A DNA stretch of 64,000 nucleotides from Desulfobacterales bacterium (GCA_040771865.1 JAXGZF010000006.1:62001-126000); one strand, 5' to 3'; positions 11,242 through 22,954 are shown, counted from the first letter of the stretch. Numbers and translations are program-made. Notes: generated from the letters alone by a model not told the origin.

Positions 11242-12906
11242 ATGAATCGAGAAAATGTGCGATTGGTTTTTGCCATCGTTCTTTCATTTTGCATCTTTGT
11301 TCTTTTTGATGTGTTTTTTATTAAAAAAGAGCCGCTGAAACAAACCAGCGATTCAGGTGAAGCGGTCATGGATGCTTCAAAGACGACCTCGACGACTGCC
11401 GCGGAACCAGCACAAGCCGTTGTTCCATCGGACGAGGCGACCCAGGATGCCTTGCAGGAAAAAGTCATGTCTTCCGACAGAGAAATTACAGTTGAAACAC
11501 AGTATTACATCGCAAAATTCTCTGAGAAGAACGGTTCAATTAAGAGTTTTGCTTTAAAGCAGTACAGGGAAAGCATTTCCAAAGACGCACCTTTAAAAGA
11601 ATTGATCGCAGGAGAAAACGTATCCGGTACTGTTTTGGCGAATTTTTCCCATGGGACCGAAGGCCAGTTGGAACAGCCTTTGTTTGCGGCGAATTCTGCT
11701 GAGTCCATTCAGATTAAAGATGGCAGTAAGAGTCTCCTTTTTACCTCGAATCCCATCAATGGGCTTGTTTTTGAAAAAAAATTTACATTTCAATCGGATA
11801 AATACCTTATCGGATTGGAGATCATTATTCATAATACTTCGGACGCTTCTGCGAACGGAGAGTTGGCAGTTTCGTTGGCCAGATCCTATCTGGCCACGTC
11901 CAAGTATGGATTTGAGGGGCCCAGCGGCTGGATCAATCAAAAGCTCGAACAGGTTGAAATCGATGATATCAAGGAATCAGGTGAAATTTCCGGTGATATT
12001 CAATGGATCGGCCTTGAGGATCGATATTTCATCTCGAGTGTGATATCTAAAACCCCTGTGCCTGCTTCCATGAAAATGGAAAAATCACGGCATGACGTGG
12101 TCTTCAATCGATTGATTCAGACTGTTGGCGAGATACCGGCCGCAGGTCATCAAAAATATGAATATTTTGTTTTTATGGGTCCTAAAAGCACCAAACTTTT
12201 GAGCGAGGTAGGATATAATCTTAAGAATGCGATTAATTTCGGATGGTTCGATATTATTGCAAAGCCCTGCCTTTGGCTGATGAACTGGCTTTATGGATTT
12301 ATACCCAATTACGGGATCGCCATTATTATTTTAACGCTGATCACCAAGATCATTTTATGGCCGCTTGGAACCAAGAGCTATCGCTCAATGAATGATATGA
12401 AAAAGCTGCAGCCCTTGATGGCTGAAATCCGTGAAAGGTATAAAAACGACCGACCGCGAATGAATCAGGAAATCATGCAGCTTTATAGAACCTATAAAGT
12501 GAATCCCGTGGGCGGATGCCTGCCCATGTTATTTCAAATTCCTGTGTTTTTCGCACTTTATCGAATGTTATATTCGGCAATTGAGCTACGGCACGCACCT
12601 TTTTTTGGGTGGATTTCGGACTTGTCAGCTCCGGATCGCCTTTTTAATTTTGGCTTTACCATACCGCTCATGGAGCCCCCTTATGGAATTCCCGTCTTGA
12701 CGGTTGTTATGGGCGCAACTATGTTTATCCAGCAAAAAATGTCGCCGGCGCCAGGGGACCCCGCTCAGGCCAAGATGATGATGTGGATGCCTATTGTTTT
12801 TACCTTCATATTTATAAATTTCTCTTCCGGTCTTGTTCTGTACTGGCTTGTTAACAATATTTTTTCCATTGCGCAGCAATATTATATTTCGAAAAAATTC
12901 GCTTAG
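11242..12906 (+). CDS. yidC: Membrane protein insertase
   Basis: N-terminal TM, periplasmic domain, NYGIAII, GGCLPMLFQIPVFFALY. Confidence 0.97.
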   Translation: MNRENVRLVFAIVLSFCIFVLFDVFFIKKEPLKQTSDSGEAVMDASKTTSTTAAEPAQAVVPSDEATQDALQEKVMSSDREITVETQYYIAKFSEKNGSIKSFALKQYRESISKDAPLKELIAGENVSGTVLANFSHGTEGQLEQPLFAANSAESIQIKDGSKSLLFTSNPINGLVFEKKFTFQSDKYLIGLEIIIHNTSDASANGELAVSLARSYLATSKYGFEGPSGWINQKLEQVEIDDIKESGEISGDIQWIGLEDRYFISSVISKTPVPASMKMEKSRHDVVFNRLIQTVGEIPAAGHQKYEYFVFMGPKSTKLLSEVGYNLKNAINFGWFDIIAKPCLWLMNWLYGFIPNYGIAIIILTLITKIILWPLGTKSYRSMNDMKKLQPLMAEIRERYKNDRPRMNQEIMQLYRTYKVNPVGGCLPMLFQIPVFFALYRMLYSAIELRHAPFFGWISDLSAPDRLFNFGFTIPLMEPPYGIPVLTVVMGATMFIQQKMSPAPGDPAQAKMMMWMPIVFTFIFINFSSGLVLYWLVNNIFSIAQQYYISKKFA

Positions 12907-12923
12907 AGTGGAGGTTTCTGTTC

Positions 12924-13742
12924 ATGACCCCTTGGATAGAATTTGAAGGTAGAAACATTGATGCGGCTGTTGAAAACGCATGTCAAAAACTGGGGAAATC
13001 AAAGAGCGAACTTAAATACGACATAGTTTCATATGGATCAACGGGTATATTCGGGCTGGTTGGCGTAAAAAAGGCTAAAATTCGCGTTCGTCGTCCTTTA
13101 GAGGGAAAAATCGTCAAAATTCAGGAAAAGCCCGTTGATGTTCCGGATCATGCTCTGTCGCAATCAACCGGTGAAGCAGTTCGAAATGAAATCAATGAAC
13201 CTTTGGAACAAAAAGCTTTGGAAGCAATTCAAAATCCGCAGCAGCTTGATCAGGAATTGTTGGATATGGCCAAAAACATCCTACAGAACATGGTTGATTT
13301 GATCACTGTGGACGCCAGGGTATCTGTTGATGAACGCGAGCCGCGATCCTTGTTTTTTGAAATTAAAGGCGGAAATTCTGCCATGCTGATCGGCAAACGA
13401 GGTCAGACCCTTGAAGCCATTCAATATTTGATTGAAAAAATCATTAATGCCCATGTGAGTGAGAGAGTTCGAGTTCAGGTTGATGTTGAGGGATATTTAA
13501 ATAACAAGACTGAAAGCATGCAGCGGCTGGCCAAGCGACTTTCGCAAAAGGCTAAGAAGAGCGGAAAGCCTGTCACGATAGGGCAGCTCAATTCTCAGGA
13601 TCGCAGAATCATTCATATGGTTTTGAAGGATGATCACGGCGTTAGAACTCAAAGCGTCGGAGATGGGGCTTATCGCAAGCTCGTTATTTTTCCCAGGAAA
13701 GGTAATGAGAAACAGAACAAAAAAAGTGCGCCCAAGAATTAA
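12924..13742 (+). CDS. jag: Jag/EloR (KhpB) RNA-binding protein
   Basis: Jag_N, KH (LIGKRGQTLEAIQYL) and R3H (RRIIH) domains. Confidence 0.93.
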   Translation: MTPWIEFEGRNIDAAVENACQKLGKSKSELKYDIVSYGSTGIFGLVGVKKAKIRVRRPLEGKIVKIQEKPVDVPDHALSQSTGEAVRNEINEPLEQKALEAIQNPQQLDQELLDMAKNILQNMVDLITVDARVSVDEREPRSLFFEIKGGNSAMLIGKRGQTLEAIQYLIEKIINAHVSERVRVQVDVEGYLNNKTESMQRLAKRLSQKAKKSGKPVTIGQLNSQDRRIIHMVLKDDHGVRTQSVGDGAYRKLVIFPRKGNEKQNKKSAPKN

Positions 13743-13803
13743 TACCCGCCCTTCTGATTCTACATCCGGACTTTCGACTTGATTTTAAATTGGTTTGTTT
13801 ATT

Positions 13804-15213
13804 ATGAAAAATCCCGATTCAGTCATTTCGGCGATATCGACCCCGATTGGAACGGGTGGCATCGGCATTATTCGTCTTTCGGGTTTTGGGTCTGTAGATA
13901 TCGCGTCATCCGTTTTCAGAATAGCCGGTACCCGCCGTGCTGATTCTTCCGCAATTCCCCAACAACTTGAAAGTCACCGGTTTTATTATGGTCATGTCAT
14001 CGATCCGGAAAACATGCGCGTTATAGATGAGGCTATGCTGGTCTGCATGAAGTCCCCAAAATCGTATACGCGAGAGGATGTCGTCGAGATTCATATTCAT
14101 TCCGGACTTCTCATTCTGAAAGAGGTGCTTGAGTTGGTGTTGCGTCAAGGTGCCCGGCTTGCCGAGCCGGGTGAGTTTACCCGACGCGCATTTTTAAATG
14201 GAAGAATCGATTTGATCCATGCAGAGGCGGTTATGGATCTCATCAATGCCAAATCTTCAAGCGCACTGACGGTTGTCCATCGGCATTTAAGCGGAGAACT
14301 GTCAGAACAGATTGAAAGCATCAAAAGTAACATATTAAGGGCGCTGGCGGTTATTGATGCCGGCATTGATTTTCCGGACGAGGTCGATGAAATACAGGAT
14401 GTTGGCGCCCTTGCCGATACGCTGAAACGATCGGTGCTGGATCCTTGCGAACAACTTGTTGATGGATATAAATCCGGACATTATATTCGAGATGGACTGA
14501 TTCTCGCGGTCGTTGGAAAGCCCAATGTGGGAAAGTCCAGCTTGATGAACCGGCTCGTCGGAAAACAGAAATCCATTGTGACCGATGTTCCCGGAACAAC
14601 CCGGGATCTTATCGAGGTTCCTGTCACGATCGAAGGCATTCCTGTTGTCCTCTGCGATACGGCCGGAATTCATTCAACGCAGTGCCCCATTGAAGTTATC
14701 GGCATTCAAAAGGCGCAAGAATGCATCGAGACCTGCGATCTTGTTCTTTTTGTTCTGGACGGCTCAACAGAGATTGGCCCGGATGACCTGGAAATTTTCG
14801 AGAATATCAAAGAAAAGCCTTTGATTCTGATTTTCAACAAGATGGATCTGGTCCAGAATCTGAAATATGATTCCCTTCCGGATTTCTGGAAAGAGATCCC
14901 GCGTATTCATGTATCCGCTAAATATGATATGTCAATAGACGCGCTGCGAAACATGATCATCGAACTTGTTTCCGGAGACTCTCTTTCAGGAGCTGGCGAT
15001 CGAATCATTCCAAATTTGCGGCAGAAGCTGCTTCTTGAAAAGGTTGTATCCTCCGTGCGGCGCGCCATGAACGGTATGCTCCAAAATATTCCCCAGGAGC
15101 TTCTGGCAATCGACTTTAAAGAAGGGCTCGATGCGCTCAATGAAATTAAAGGGGACGCAAGGCGTCCGGATGTTTTGGACCGGATCTTCAGTCAGTTTTG
15201 TATCGGAAAGTAA
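13804..15213 (+). CDS. mnmE: tRNA modification GTPase
   Basis: GKPNVGKSS, GTTRD, DTAG, NKMD, C-terminal FCIGK. Confidence 0.97.
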   Translation: MKNPDSVISAISTPIGTGGIGIIRLSGFGSVDIASSVFRIAGTRRADSSAIPQQLESHRFYYGHVIDPENMRVIDEAMLVCMKSPKSYTREDVVEIHIHSGLLILKEVLELVLRQGARLAEPGEFTRRAFLNGRIDLIHAEAVMDLINAKSSSALTVVHRHLSGELSEQIESIKSNILRALAVIDAGIDFPDEVDEIQDVGALADTLKRSVLDPCEQLVDGYKSGHYIRDGLILAVVGKPNVGKSSLMNRLVGKQKSIVTDVPGTTRDLIEVPVTIEGIPVVLCDTAGIHSTQCPIEVIGIQKAQECIETCDLVLFVLDGSTEIGPDDLEIFENIKEKPLILIFNKMDLVQNLKYDSLPDFWKEIPRIHVSAKYDMSIDALRNMIIELVSGDSLSGAGDRIIPNLRQKLLLEKVVSSVRRAMNGMLQNIPQELLAIDFKEGLDALNEIKGDARRPDVLDRIFSQFCIGK

Positions 15214-15244
15214 TCCCGATGAGCGTGGGACTTCTGAGTTCGAA

Positions 15245-15260
15245 TGTTTCACGTGAAACA
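15245..15260. promoter_or_regulatory. parS: parS centromere-like site (ParB binding)
   Basis: Perfect 16-bp consensus palindrome TGTTTCACGTGAAACA, intergenic, just after mnmE. Confidence 0.9.
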
Positions 15261-15411
15261 GCGTAAATAATCAGCTTTGATCCGCGCGGCAAACAGATGT
15301 TTTAGCGGCAATATTCCCCGCAAAACAGCCTATCTTTTTGAAATCATTTGAAATTACATTTCAGAACGCCGTGGTCAGGTGCGATGCGATCCGAAATCCG
15401 CCCTTTCTGAA

Positions 15412-16794
15412 TCAAAACTCGATGTTATTCGGAGTTCGGGGAAAGGGCGTTACATCCCGAATATTGGAAATCCCGGTGATCAGCATGATGAGCCGCTCAA
15501 AACCCAGGCCAAACCCACTGTGTTCCACTGAACCGAAGCGGCGGGAATCCAGGTACCACCAGTAATTTTCTTTTTTCAGCCCCTGTTCATCCATCCGTCT
15601 TTCCAGAATCTTCAGGCGCTCCTCGCGCTGGCTCCCGCCGATAATCTCGCCAATTCCAGGCACCAGAACGTCCATGGCCGCAACGGTCGAACCGTCGTCG
15701 TTGAGCCGCATGTAAAAAGGCTTGATCGTCCTGGGGTAGTTATAAACGATAACCGGTTTTTTAAAATAAACCTCCGTTAAATACCTTTCGTGCTCAGTTT
15801 GAAGGTCCTGGCCGAATGCGGGCGTAAATTCGAAGCAATGGCCGGATTGCGAAAGAATGTTCATGGCTTCGCAATAGGAAAGGCGTTCAAATTTTTCGTC
15901 AACGATGTTTTTCAAGGTGGCGGGCAGGGTCCTGTCCACAAAGCGTGAAAAGAGTTCAAGGTCCTCGGCGCAGTTTTCAACGGCATAATTTACCAGATAT
16001 CGGATCATCTCCTCGGCCAGGTCCATGTTCTGTTCAATGTCGCAAAAGGCCATCTCGGGTTCGATCATCCAGAACTCGGCGGCATGACGCCGTGTATTGG
16101 AATCCTCGGCTCGAAAAGTCGGCCCGAAGGTGTAGACGTCTCCCAGTGACAGGGCCAGCATTTCGGCCGACAGCTGGCCGGACACGGTAAGATTGGCTTC
16201 CCTTGCAAAAAAGTCCCGGCTGTAGTCGACTTGTCCTCCGGTTCGGGGCACAGCGTTCAAGTCCAGCGTGGTCACCCGGAACATTTCCCCGGCGCCCTCG
16301 CAGTCTAATCCGGTAATGATCGGGGTGTGGATGTACTTGAAGCCGCGCTGCTGAAAAAAGGTGTGAATCGCGTAGGAAAGATCCGAACGAATTCGAAACA
16401 CCGCGCCGTACTTGTTGGTTCTCGGCCGAAGGTGGGCGATGCTTCGAAGATATTCGTCGCTGTGGCGCTTTTTTTGAAGCGGAAAGGACTCCGGCGCCAT
16501 GCTGATTACATCGATCCGGCGCGCCTTAATTTCCCATTGCTGCTCCCTGCCCTGGGAGGCCACCAGACTGCCGGTCACGGATACGGCCGAACCGGTGGTC
16601 AGCCGACAGATCTGGTCATAATTGGCCAGATCTGCTCCGGCAATTACCTGCATGTTTCCAAGGCAGGAACCGTCGTTGATTTCAATAAAGGAAAAGTCCT
16701 TGGAATTGCGGCGGGTTCTTACCCAGCCCTTGATCAGGACCTGACTTAGCGGGTTATCGGCATGCAGAAGCGACGTGATCCGAGCGCGGTTCAT
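15412..16794 (-). CDS. asnS: Asparagine--tRNA ligase
   Basis: OB fold, [38 protein letters not shown]. Confidence 0.97.
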   Translation of the reverse strand: MNRARITSLLHADNPLSQVLIKGWVRTRRNSKDFSFIEINDGSCLGNMQVIAGADLANYDQICRLTTGSAVSVTGSLVASQGREQQWEIKARRIDVISMAPESFPLQKKRHSDEYLRSIAHLRPRTNKYGAVFRIRSDLSYAIHTFFQQRGFKYIHTPIITGLDCEGAGEMFRVTTLDLNAVPRTGGQVDYSRDFFAREANLTVSGQLSAEMLALSLGDVYTFGPTFRAEDSNTRRHAAEFWMIEPEMAFCDIEQNMDLAEEMIRYLVNYAVENCAEDLELFSRFVDRTLPATLKNIVDEKFERLSYCEAMNILSQSGHCFEFTPAFGQDLQTEHERYLTEVYFKKPVIVYNYPRTIKPFYMRLNDDGSTVAAMDVLVPGIGEIIGGSQREERLKILERRMDEQGLKKENYWWYLDSRRFGSVEHSGFGLGFERLIMLITGISNIRDVTPFPRTPNNIEF

Positions 16795-16808
16795 GGTTTT
16801 TCCGGTAA

Positions 16809-18194
16809 TTATGGGTTGACGGTGATATGGTACAGATTGCCGTTTCGCTGAAGCAGCAGGACCAGGGCAGACTTGAGACGGTATTTGACCATGGCCTTTT
16901 CAAAATCCTTCTTGTTGTTCAGCGTCATCTCGTCGATTCGTCGAATGACGTCACCGGTCCTGACGCCGATCCGGGAAAGATACGATGATGGATCGAGCTG
17001 AGAAATTCGAACGCCCGCACCGCTTCGGCCCAGGTTTTCAACCTTGACTCCCAAGCGTTTGTAGCCGAGCTTTTCGGCTCGCTCCACAGGGAATGTGGAA
17101 GCCATTACCGGAATTTCAAGCGGTTTACCGTTCCGCAATACTTTCAGCAAAACGGTGTTTCCGGCGCTGTAGCTTTTCAGCGCAGCGTAATATTCTTCGG
17201 CGTTTCGAATGGATTTGTCATTCAGAGAAACGATGATGTCCCCGCGTAAAATGCCGGCTTCCTTTGACGGGCTCGGAGATTCGACGTCCTGAACCATGGC
17301 GCCAGCATTTTCCTTTTGGTTCAGATAAGCGGCAAGCCGGGCATCCAGATCCTGAACCACGATGCCGGTCCAGGCCTGGACCACTTCTCCGTATCGGATC
17401 AGATCGGCAATGATTCGTCTGGCCTTGTTGATTGGAATGGCAAAGCCGATTCCTTGAGCTTTTGCGTAGATCGCCGTATTGATGCCGATCAATTCTCCAT
17501 TGATATTCAAAAGAGGCCCGCCGCTGTTTCCCGGATTAATTGAAGCATCGGTCTGAATGAAATCGTGATATACACGATCATCTGCGCGAATGCTGCGGTT
17601 CAGAGCGCTGATCACGCCGGTGGTTACCGTGTTGGAAAACCCGAACGGATTGCCGATGGCAATTACGGTTTCTCCGATCATGATGTCATCCGAATTTCCC
17701 ATTTCGGCCGAAGGAAGTCCGTGGCTGGATTCGATTCGAAGCACGGCCAGATCGGAATCCGGGTCGGCCCCGACAATCTGGGCCGGGAATTCCCTTTCAT
17801 CGTTTAAAACCACGGAAACGTCTCCAGTCTGAGCGACGACGTGGGCGTTTGTGAGAATATAGCCCCTTTTTCCGTCGATGATCACACCGGAGCCCAGGCT
17901 GGTGCGCTTGAATTTTTGTTCCCGTCCGGGATCGAAAAAATCCTTGAAGAACGAATCAAAAAAGGGGTCCAATCCGAACCCGGAAAACGGGTTCTGCCGC
18001 CGCACCTCATATTGGGAACTGATATTGACCACCGCAGGGCTGATTTTCTGAACAGCTCTGACCACCGGTGTTTCACGGGAATAAAGGCTCAGAGCGGGCT
18101 GCGGCCAAAGGATCACAAAAATGAGAGCGACAAAAAGTACCGTCGGGATTGAAAACTTTTTGTTGATATGTAATAGGGAGCTCAAAGTCTGCAT
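16809..18194 (-). CDS. Do/DegQ (HtrA) serine protease with PDZ domains
   Basis: [21 protein letters not shown] catalytic motifs; signal peptide; two PDZ-like regions. Confidence 0.93.
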   Translation of the reverse strand: MQTLSSLLHINKKFSIPTVLFVALIFVILWPQPALSLYSRETPVVRAVQKISPAVVNISSQYEVRRQNPFSGFGLDPFFDSFFKDFFDPGREQKFKRTSLGSGVIIDGKRGYILTNAHVVAQTGDVSVVLNDEREFPAQIVGADPDSDLAVLRIESSHGLPSAEMGNSDDIMIGETVIAIGNPFGFSNTVTTGVISALNRSIRADDRVYHDFIQTDASINPGNSGGPLLNINGELIGINTAIYAKAQGIGFAIPINKARRIIADLIRYGEVVQAWTGIVVQDLDARLAAYLNQKENAGAMVQDVESPSPSKEAGILRGDIIVSLNDKSIRNAEEYYAALKSYSAGNTVLLKVLRNGKPLEIPVMASTFPVERAEKLGYKRLGVKVENLGRSGAGVRISQLDPSSYLSRIGVRTGDVIRRIDEMTLNNKKDFEKAMVKYRLKSALVLLLQRNGNLYHITVNP

Positions 18195-18259
18195 ACGTCG
18201 CTTGTATAAAAATGTTTGAATTTTAAAAAGTTATCAGTTTCGAGGCTAAAAAATATAAC

Positions 18260-20821
18260 ATGATCGTTCACAGTCTTCAAGACATCTTGCCTCTGATCGA
18301 ACAGCCCAGCCGGTACCTGGGAACGGAAATCAATCGTGTTCGAAAAGATCCTGGAAACGTTTCGTTAAACTTTGCGCTGGCCTTTCCGGATCTTTATGAA
18401 ATCGGCGCTTCTCATTTTGGAATGCAGATTCTTTACGACATACTGAACCGTTCTCCGCGGATTGCAGCCGAACGCGTGTTTGCGCCCGGCCTCGACATGG
18501 ATCGCTACCTGCGCGAAGCCCGATTTCCGCTGTGCAGCCTCGAAACCCGCAGACCGCTTAACCGTTTTGATATCGTCGGGTTCAGCCTGCTCTACGAGCT
18601 CAACTACACGGGAATTCTGCAGATGCTGGATCTGGCGGGAATACCGTTTTATGCACGTCAGAGGGACCTGTCCTTTCCTTTGATTATAGCCGGAGGGCCA
18701 TGCACGTGCAACCCCGAGCCGGTGGCGGATTTTTTCGATGCCATGGTCGTGGGCGACGGCGAGATCGTTATCATGCAAATCGCTCAGGCTTATCTGGATT
18801 GGAGGGAAAGCGGTTCCCAAGACAAGGAATCCCTGCTTAGAATGTGGTCGAAAATTGCCGGCGTGTACGTGCCCGCTTTCTTTGAACCTGGGTGGAACTC
18901 CGGCGGTTTTCAAATACTTTCCCCTCGTTTTGATGATTACAGGACCGTTCGGCGCGCGATTATCGAGGATCTCGATTCCGTCCAGTTTCCCACGGCGCCG
19001 ATTGTTCCGTACGGGAAACCGGTTCATGACCGGCTGCGGCTCGAGGTGTCCCGGGGGTGCACCCGGTCCTGCCGTTTTTGTCAGGCAGGAATGATTTACC
19101 GGCCTGTACGGGACCGTTCTGTGGCCAATTTGCTCAGCCTCGCCGAAAAGTCGCTGGCCGGCACCGGATATGAGGATGTTTCCCTGCTTTCTCTCAGCAC
19201 CGGCGATTACGGATGCATCGACCATCTCATGAGGGCTGTCATGTCGCGATGCGAGGGAGAGAATATTTCGGTTTCGTTTCCTTCGCTCAGGATCGGAACC
19301 CTGACCCCGGAATTGATGAATCTGGTCAAGAAGGTTCGAAAGACCGGCTTTACCCTTGCCGTTGAAGCCGGAAGCCGGCGGCTTCGGGAGGTGATCAACA
19401 AGGACATTGCCGACGAGCAGATTGCCGACACGATTTCAGAAGCCTTTGAACTTGGCTGGCAGGTGATCAAGCTGTATTTCATGATAGGGCTTCCCACGGA
19501 AACCGAGGCGGATCTGGAGCAGCTGATTGCGCTGGTCAAGGATTTGCGCAAGATCGCCTGGAGAAAGCGGAAGGGCGCAAAGCTCAATGTCAGCGTGGCC
19601 TGCTTTATTCCAAAACCGCATACGCCATTTCAATGGGTCGGCCAGCTGGACCTGGAGCAGGCCCGATTCCGCATTCGATGGGTACAGGAACGATTGAGGC
19701 TCTCCGGCATTCAGGTCAAATGGCAAAATCCCGAGGTTAGCGCGCTGGAGGGCCTATGGTCCCGGGGAGACAGAAAACTGTCTGGTTTGCTGGAGGCCGC
19801 CTACCGGACAGGATGTCGAATGGACGGCTGGAGTGATCAATTCCGGTTTGACCTCTGGAAAAAAGCCCTGGAGCAGGTCGGAATCGATCCGCGGGTTTAC
19901 ACCACCCGTCAACGCGGTTTAGATGAACCGCTGCCCTGGGAGGGTATTGACATCGGAGTCAAAAAATCCTTTCTGAAATCTGAATGGGAAAAGGCGATTC
20001 GGGGCGAATTGACAGCGGATTGCCGGACCGGTAGTTGCCAGGGGTGCGGCGTCTGCGACTTTGAAACCCTGAGCCCGAGAGTAGCGGATTTAAAATCTGT
20101 TGAAGCGATCGCTTCCTGTGATCTGCCTTCCGAAAAGCCGGCTGGCGAAAAAACATATGCAATTTCGTATTCCCGGCGGGGCGATGCCGCTTATTTCGGC
20201 CATCTTGAGCTGGTTAACATTTTTTTGCGCGCCGTCCGACGCGCCGGCATTCACATTAAATATTCGCAGGGTTATCATCCCATGCCCAAGGCGGCATTCC
20301 ATGATCCGCTTCCCATCGGTATGGAAAGCCTCTGTGAGACGTTTTATCTGACGGTTCTGGGGGATATTGATTCCACAGATATTCAAGCGAGTTTGAATCA
20401 TCAACTGCCTGAAGGCCTGACGGTCTTCCGGTGCGTTGAAGCGGCCGGGAGTGCCAGGGCGGAAAAAGTGAGAACCCGGTCTTATAGTGTGCAATTAAAA
20501 GAAGGGTATGGCTTTTTCGATGAAAAAAGGCTAAATTTTTTTAACCAATCGCAAAGTATGATTTTTTATAAAAAAAGTGTAAAGGGCAGGACAAATTCGA
20601 TCGATCTCAAACAGGCGGTTCAAAAGATCGATCTTCAAAGTCCTGTTAGGATAGGAATTGTGCTTGCCAATGAGCCGGGACTGAATGTTCGTCCGACAGA
20701 GGCGATTGAGGCAATATTCGGCCTGACGCCGCTTCAGGTCAAGCAGGCAGGCGTGGTCAAGGTGCCTTCTGAAACCGATTTCAGCTTAATTCAACCCTAT
20801 GTTCAAGCAGTTGATCATTAA
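18260..20821 (+). CDS. TIGR03960-type radical SAM protein fused to a TIGR03936-type C-terminal domain
   Basis: PSRYLGTE, CTRSCRFC radical SAM motif; C-terminal GHLELVNIF..RA..YSQGYHP. Confidence 0.88.
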   Translation: MIVHSLQDILPLIEQPSRYLGTEINRVRKDPGNVSLNFALAFPDLYEIGASHFGMQILYDILNRSPRIAAERVFAPGLDMDRYLREARFPLCSLETRRPLNRFDIVGFSLLYELNYTGILQMLDLAGIPFYARQRDLSFPLIIAGGPCTCNPEPVADFFDAMVVGDGEIVIMQIAQAYLDWRESGSQDKESLLRMWSKIAGVYVPAFFEPGWNSGGFQILSPRFDDYRTVRRAIIEDLDSVQFPTAPIVPYGKPVHDRLRLEVSRGCTRSCRFCQAGMIYRPVRDRSVANLLSLAEKSLAGTGYEDVSLLSLSTGDYGCIDHLMRAVMSRCEGENISVSFPSLRIGTLTPELMNLVKKVRKTGFTLAVEAGSRRLREVINKDIADEQIADTISEAFELGWQVIKLYFMIGLPTETEADLEQLIALVKDLRKIAWRKRKGAKLNVSVACFIPKPHTPFQWVGQLDLEQARFRIRWVQERLRLSGIQVKWQNPEVSALEGLWSRGDRKLSGLLEAAYRTGCRMDGWSDQFRFDLWKKALEQVGIDPRVYTTRQRGLDEPLPWEGIDIGVKKSFLKSEWEKAIRGELTADCRTGSCQGCGVCDFETLSPRVADLKSVEAIASCDLPSEKPAGEKTYAISYSRRGDAAYFGHLELVNIFLRAVRRAGIHIKYSQGYHPMPKAAFHDPLPIGMESLCETFYLTVLGDIDSTDIQASLNHQLPEGLTVFRCVEAAGSARAEKVRTRSYSVQLKEGYGFFDEKRLNFFNQSQSMIFYKKSVKGRTNSIDLKQAVQKIDLQSPVRIGIVLANEPGLNVRPTEAIEAIFGLTPLQVKQAGVVKVPSETDFSLIQPYVQAVDH

Positions 20822-22286
20822 TTCGGAAAAGCACGAAACCCGGGTGGCCTTGCTTGAAGACGGCCATCTGGCGGAATTGTTTGTCGAGCAGAACGACGAT
20901 TCGGATATTACCGGCAATATTTACAAGGGAAAAGTTGTCCGCGTTTTGCCGGGCATGCAGGCCGCCTTTGTCGATATCGGTCTGGATCGCGCCGCCTTCA
21001 TATTTGTGGATGATCTCTGGGTAAACGTCAACGAATACATCCTGGAAGATATCGAATTTTCTCCGCCCGCCGTTCGCGGGTCCGATCCGATTGAAGACCT
21101 GATTACCGAGGGGCAGCAGATCATGGTTCAGGTGGCCAAGTCTCCCATCGGATCCAAGGGCGCCAGAGTCACCTCGTTTGTTGCCCTGCCCGGACGATAC
21201 CTGGTTCTGACGCCGGGATCCCGTCATATCGGCGTATCCAGACGAATTGAATCCGAATCCGAACGCGAACGCCTTAAAAGTATCGTTCGATCTCACTGCG
21301 GCAAGGGCTTTAACTATATCGTCCGTACCGCGGCGGAAGGAATCGAGGGAGATGAAATCCTGCGGGAGATGAACTGGCTGAATGCGCAATGGGAGGAAAT
21401 ACAGCGCAAACACCGATCCGTTTCGGCGCCGCGTCTGCTTCATCGCGAGCTTCCGGTTTCGCTTCGGGCGGTCCGTGACTACATGATGAGAGACGTTCAT
21501 CGGCTGACCATTGATTCCCCCGCAGTTTACGGACGCGTCATGGAATTTTTGGACCGTTATCTTCCGGAACGAAAAGACGTGGTCGAACATTATGCGGGGC
21601 ATGAACCTGTTTTTGATTATTTTCAGGTTGAGCAGGAGATCGAGCGCGCCCTCAAATTAAAGGTATGGCTTAAATCAGGCGGATACATCATTATCGAACA
21701 TACCGAGGCCCTGGTTTCTATTGATGTGAATACCGGGCGTTATGTCGGCAAAAGCAATCTGGAAGAAACGATATTAAAAACCAATATTGAGGCGGTCAAG
21801 GAGATCGCACGACAGATTCGCCTGCGGGACATCAGCGGCATCATCATTATCGATTTGATTGACATGGAAAATAAAGCCAATCGTCAGATCGTGCTGGAAA
21901 CGCTCATCCATGCCCTGAAGCAGGATCGAAGCAAAAATCGGGTCCTGCCCATTTCGGAACTGGGCCTGATTCAGATGACCCGAAAACGCGTGAGAAAACC
22001 CTTGGATCAGGTTTTGTGCGAACCCTGTTTTTATTGCGGCGGCAAGGGATTCCTGCTGTCAACCCGTACCATCTGTCACAAGATCAACCGGGAAGCGCTC
22101 AGGGCGGCCAGGGATATGACTGGAAGCCGGCTCTGCATTCAGGTTCATGCGCAGGTGGCCGAGGCCTTTCGCGGACCGCAGCGGAATTTGCTTGAATCCC
22201 TGGAGCTGGTTGTCGGAAAGCACGTTGAGATTCAGGTCGTTTCCGATTGTCATCTGGAAGAATTTGATATTGTAGAGATATTTTGA
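20799..22286 (+). CDS. rng: Ribonuclease G (Rne/Rng family)
   Basis: S1 domain GNIYKGKV..LPGMQAAFVDIG, IDVNTG, IIIDLIDM. Confidence 0.93.
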   Translation: MFKQLIINSEKHETRVALLEDGHLAELFVEQNDDSDITGNIYKGKVVRVLPGMQAAFVDIGLDRAAFIFVDDLWVNVNEYILEDIEFSPPAVRGSDPIEDLITEGQQIMVQVAKSPIGSKGARVTSFVALPGRYLVLTPGSRHIGVSRRIESESERERLKSIVRSHCGKGFNYIVRTAAEGIEGDEILREMNWLNAQWEEIQRKHRSVSAPRLLHRELPVSLRAVRDYMMRDVHRLTIDSPAVYGRVMEFLDRYLPERKDVVEHYAGHEPVFDYFQVEQEIERALKLKVWLKSGGYIIIEHTEALVSIDVNTGRYVGKSNLEETILKTNIEAVKEIARQIRLRDISGIIIIDLIDMENKANRQIVLETLIHALKQDRSKNRVLPISELGLIQMTRKRVRKPLDQVLCEPCFYCGGKGFLLSTRTICHKINREALRAARDMTGSRLCIQVHAQVAEAFRGPQRNLLESLELVVGKHVEIQVVSDCHLEEFDIVEIF

Positions 22287-22516
22287 TGCCTTCTGGAGCA
22301 ATCGCATATCTTATGAAGGGTCTTCCGAATGGAATCAAGAACGGACTTGACATGTGATTCTATTATATCGTTTATAAACAGAAATCATTACTTCTGAAAT
22401 CAAGGCATTCATTCGGTTGCCATTAAACGCGTCAGGACGACCCCGTGCGGCAAAACGATGATCGCCGGCGGGCCAAATCAAAAAGCGATATCGCTTTACA
22501 ACCTTTTTACAGCAGC

Positions 22517-22954
22517 ATGAGGCCGCATTTGAAAAAGAAATTAATTCTCCTGATTTCACTGATCGTCTGCCTGCCTCTGGGGTGTGCTGCGATTTCGGAA
22601 AAGGCCAGCAGGGAAAAGCTCGAACTCTTTACGGAAGCCTACCGGAACTCGATCCGCGCATCCGAGTTCAAACAAGCCTATCGTTTCGTGGATCCTGAAA
22701 TCGCCAAGGATCAGGAGGTGGATTTCGACAGGTACAAAAACATTCAGGTCGTTGACTATGAGGTGAGTCAAAGCAGTTTTTATAAGGACCGAAGGGAGTT
22801 TTTTCAGATCGCGGAAATTCAGTATTATGCCAAAGACGGTTTGATTCTCAGAACCCTTTCCGACCCGCAGCGCTGGAAACTCGACGACAAAACCGGGGTC
22901 TGGCTGCTTCAGAGCGGACTTCCCGATTTTCAGGCGCAGCGCAAAAAGGATTGA
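22517..22954 (+). CDS. Hypothetical lipoprotein
   Basis: Basic N-terminus, hydrophobic stretch and LPLGC lipobox-like motif; start uncertain. Confidence 0.65.
   Translation: MRPHLKKKLILLISLIVCLPLGCAAISEKASREKLELFTEAYRNSIRASEFKQAYRFVDPEIAKDQEVDFDRYKNIQVVDYEVSQSSFYKDRREFFQIAEIQYYAKDGLILRTLSDPQRWKLDDKTGVWLLQSGLPDFQAQRKKD

Noticed and set aside
22446..22472. Similarity to 52576-52613 (CAAA.CGATG.ATCGCCGGC) as a shared riboswitch
   Set aside because: A short gapped match with no recognisable aptamer; could be chance.
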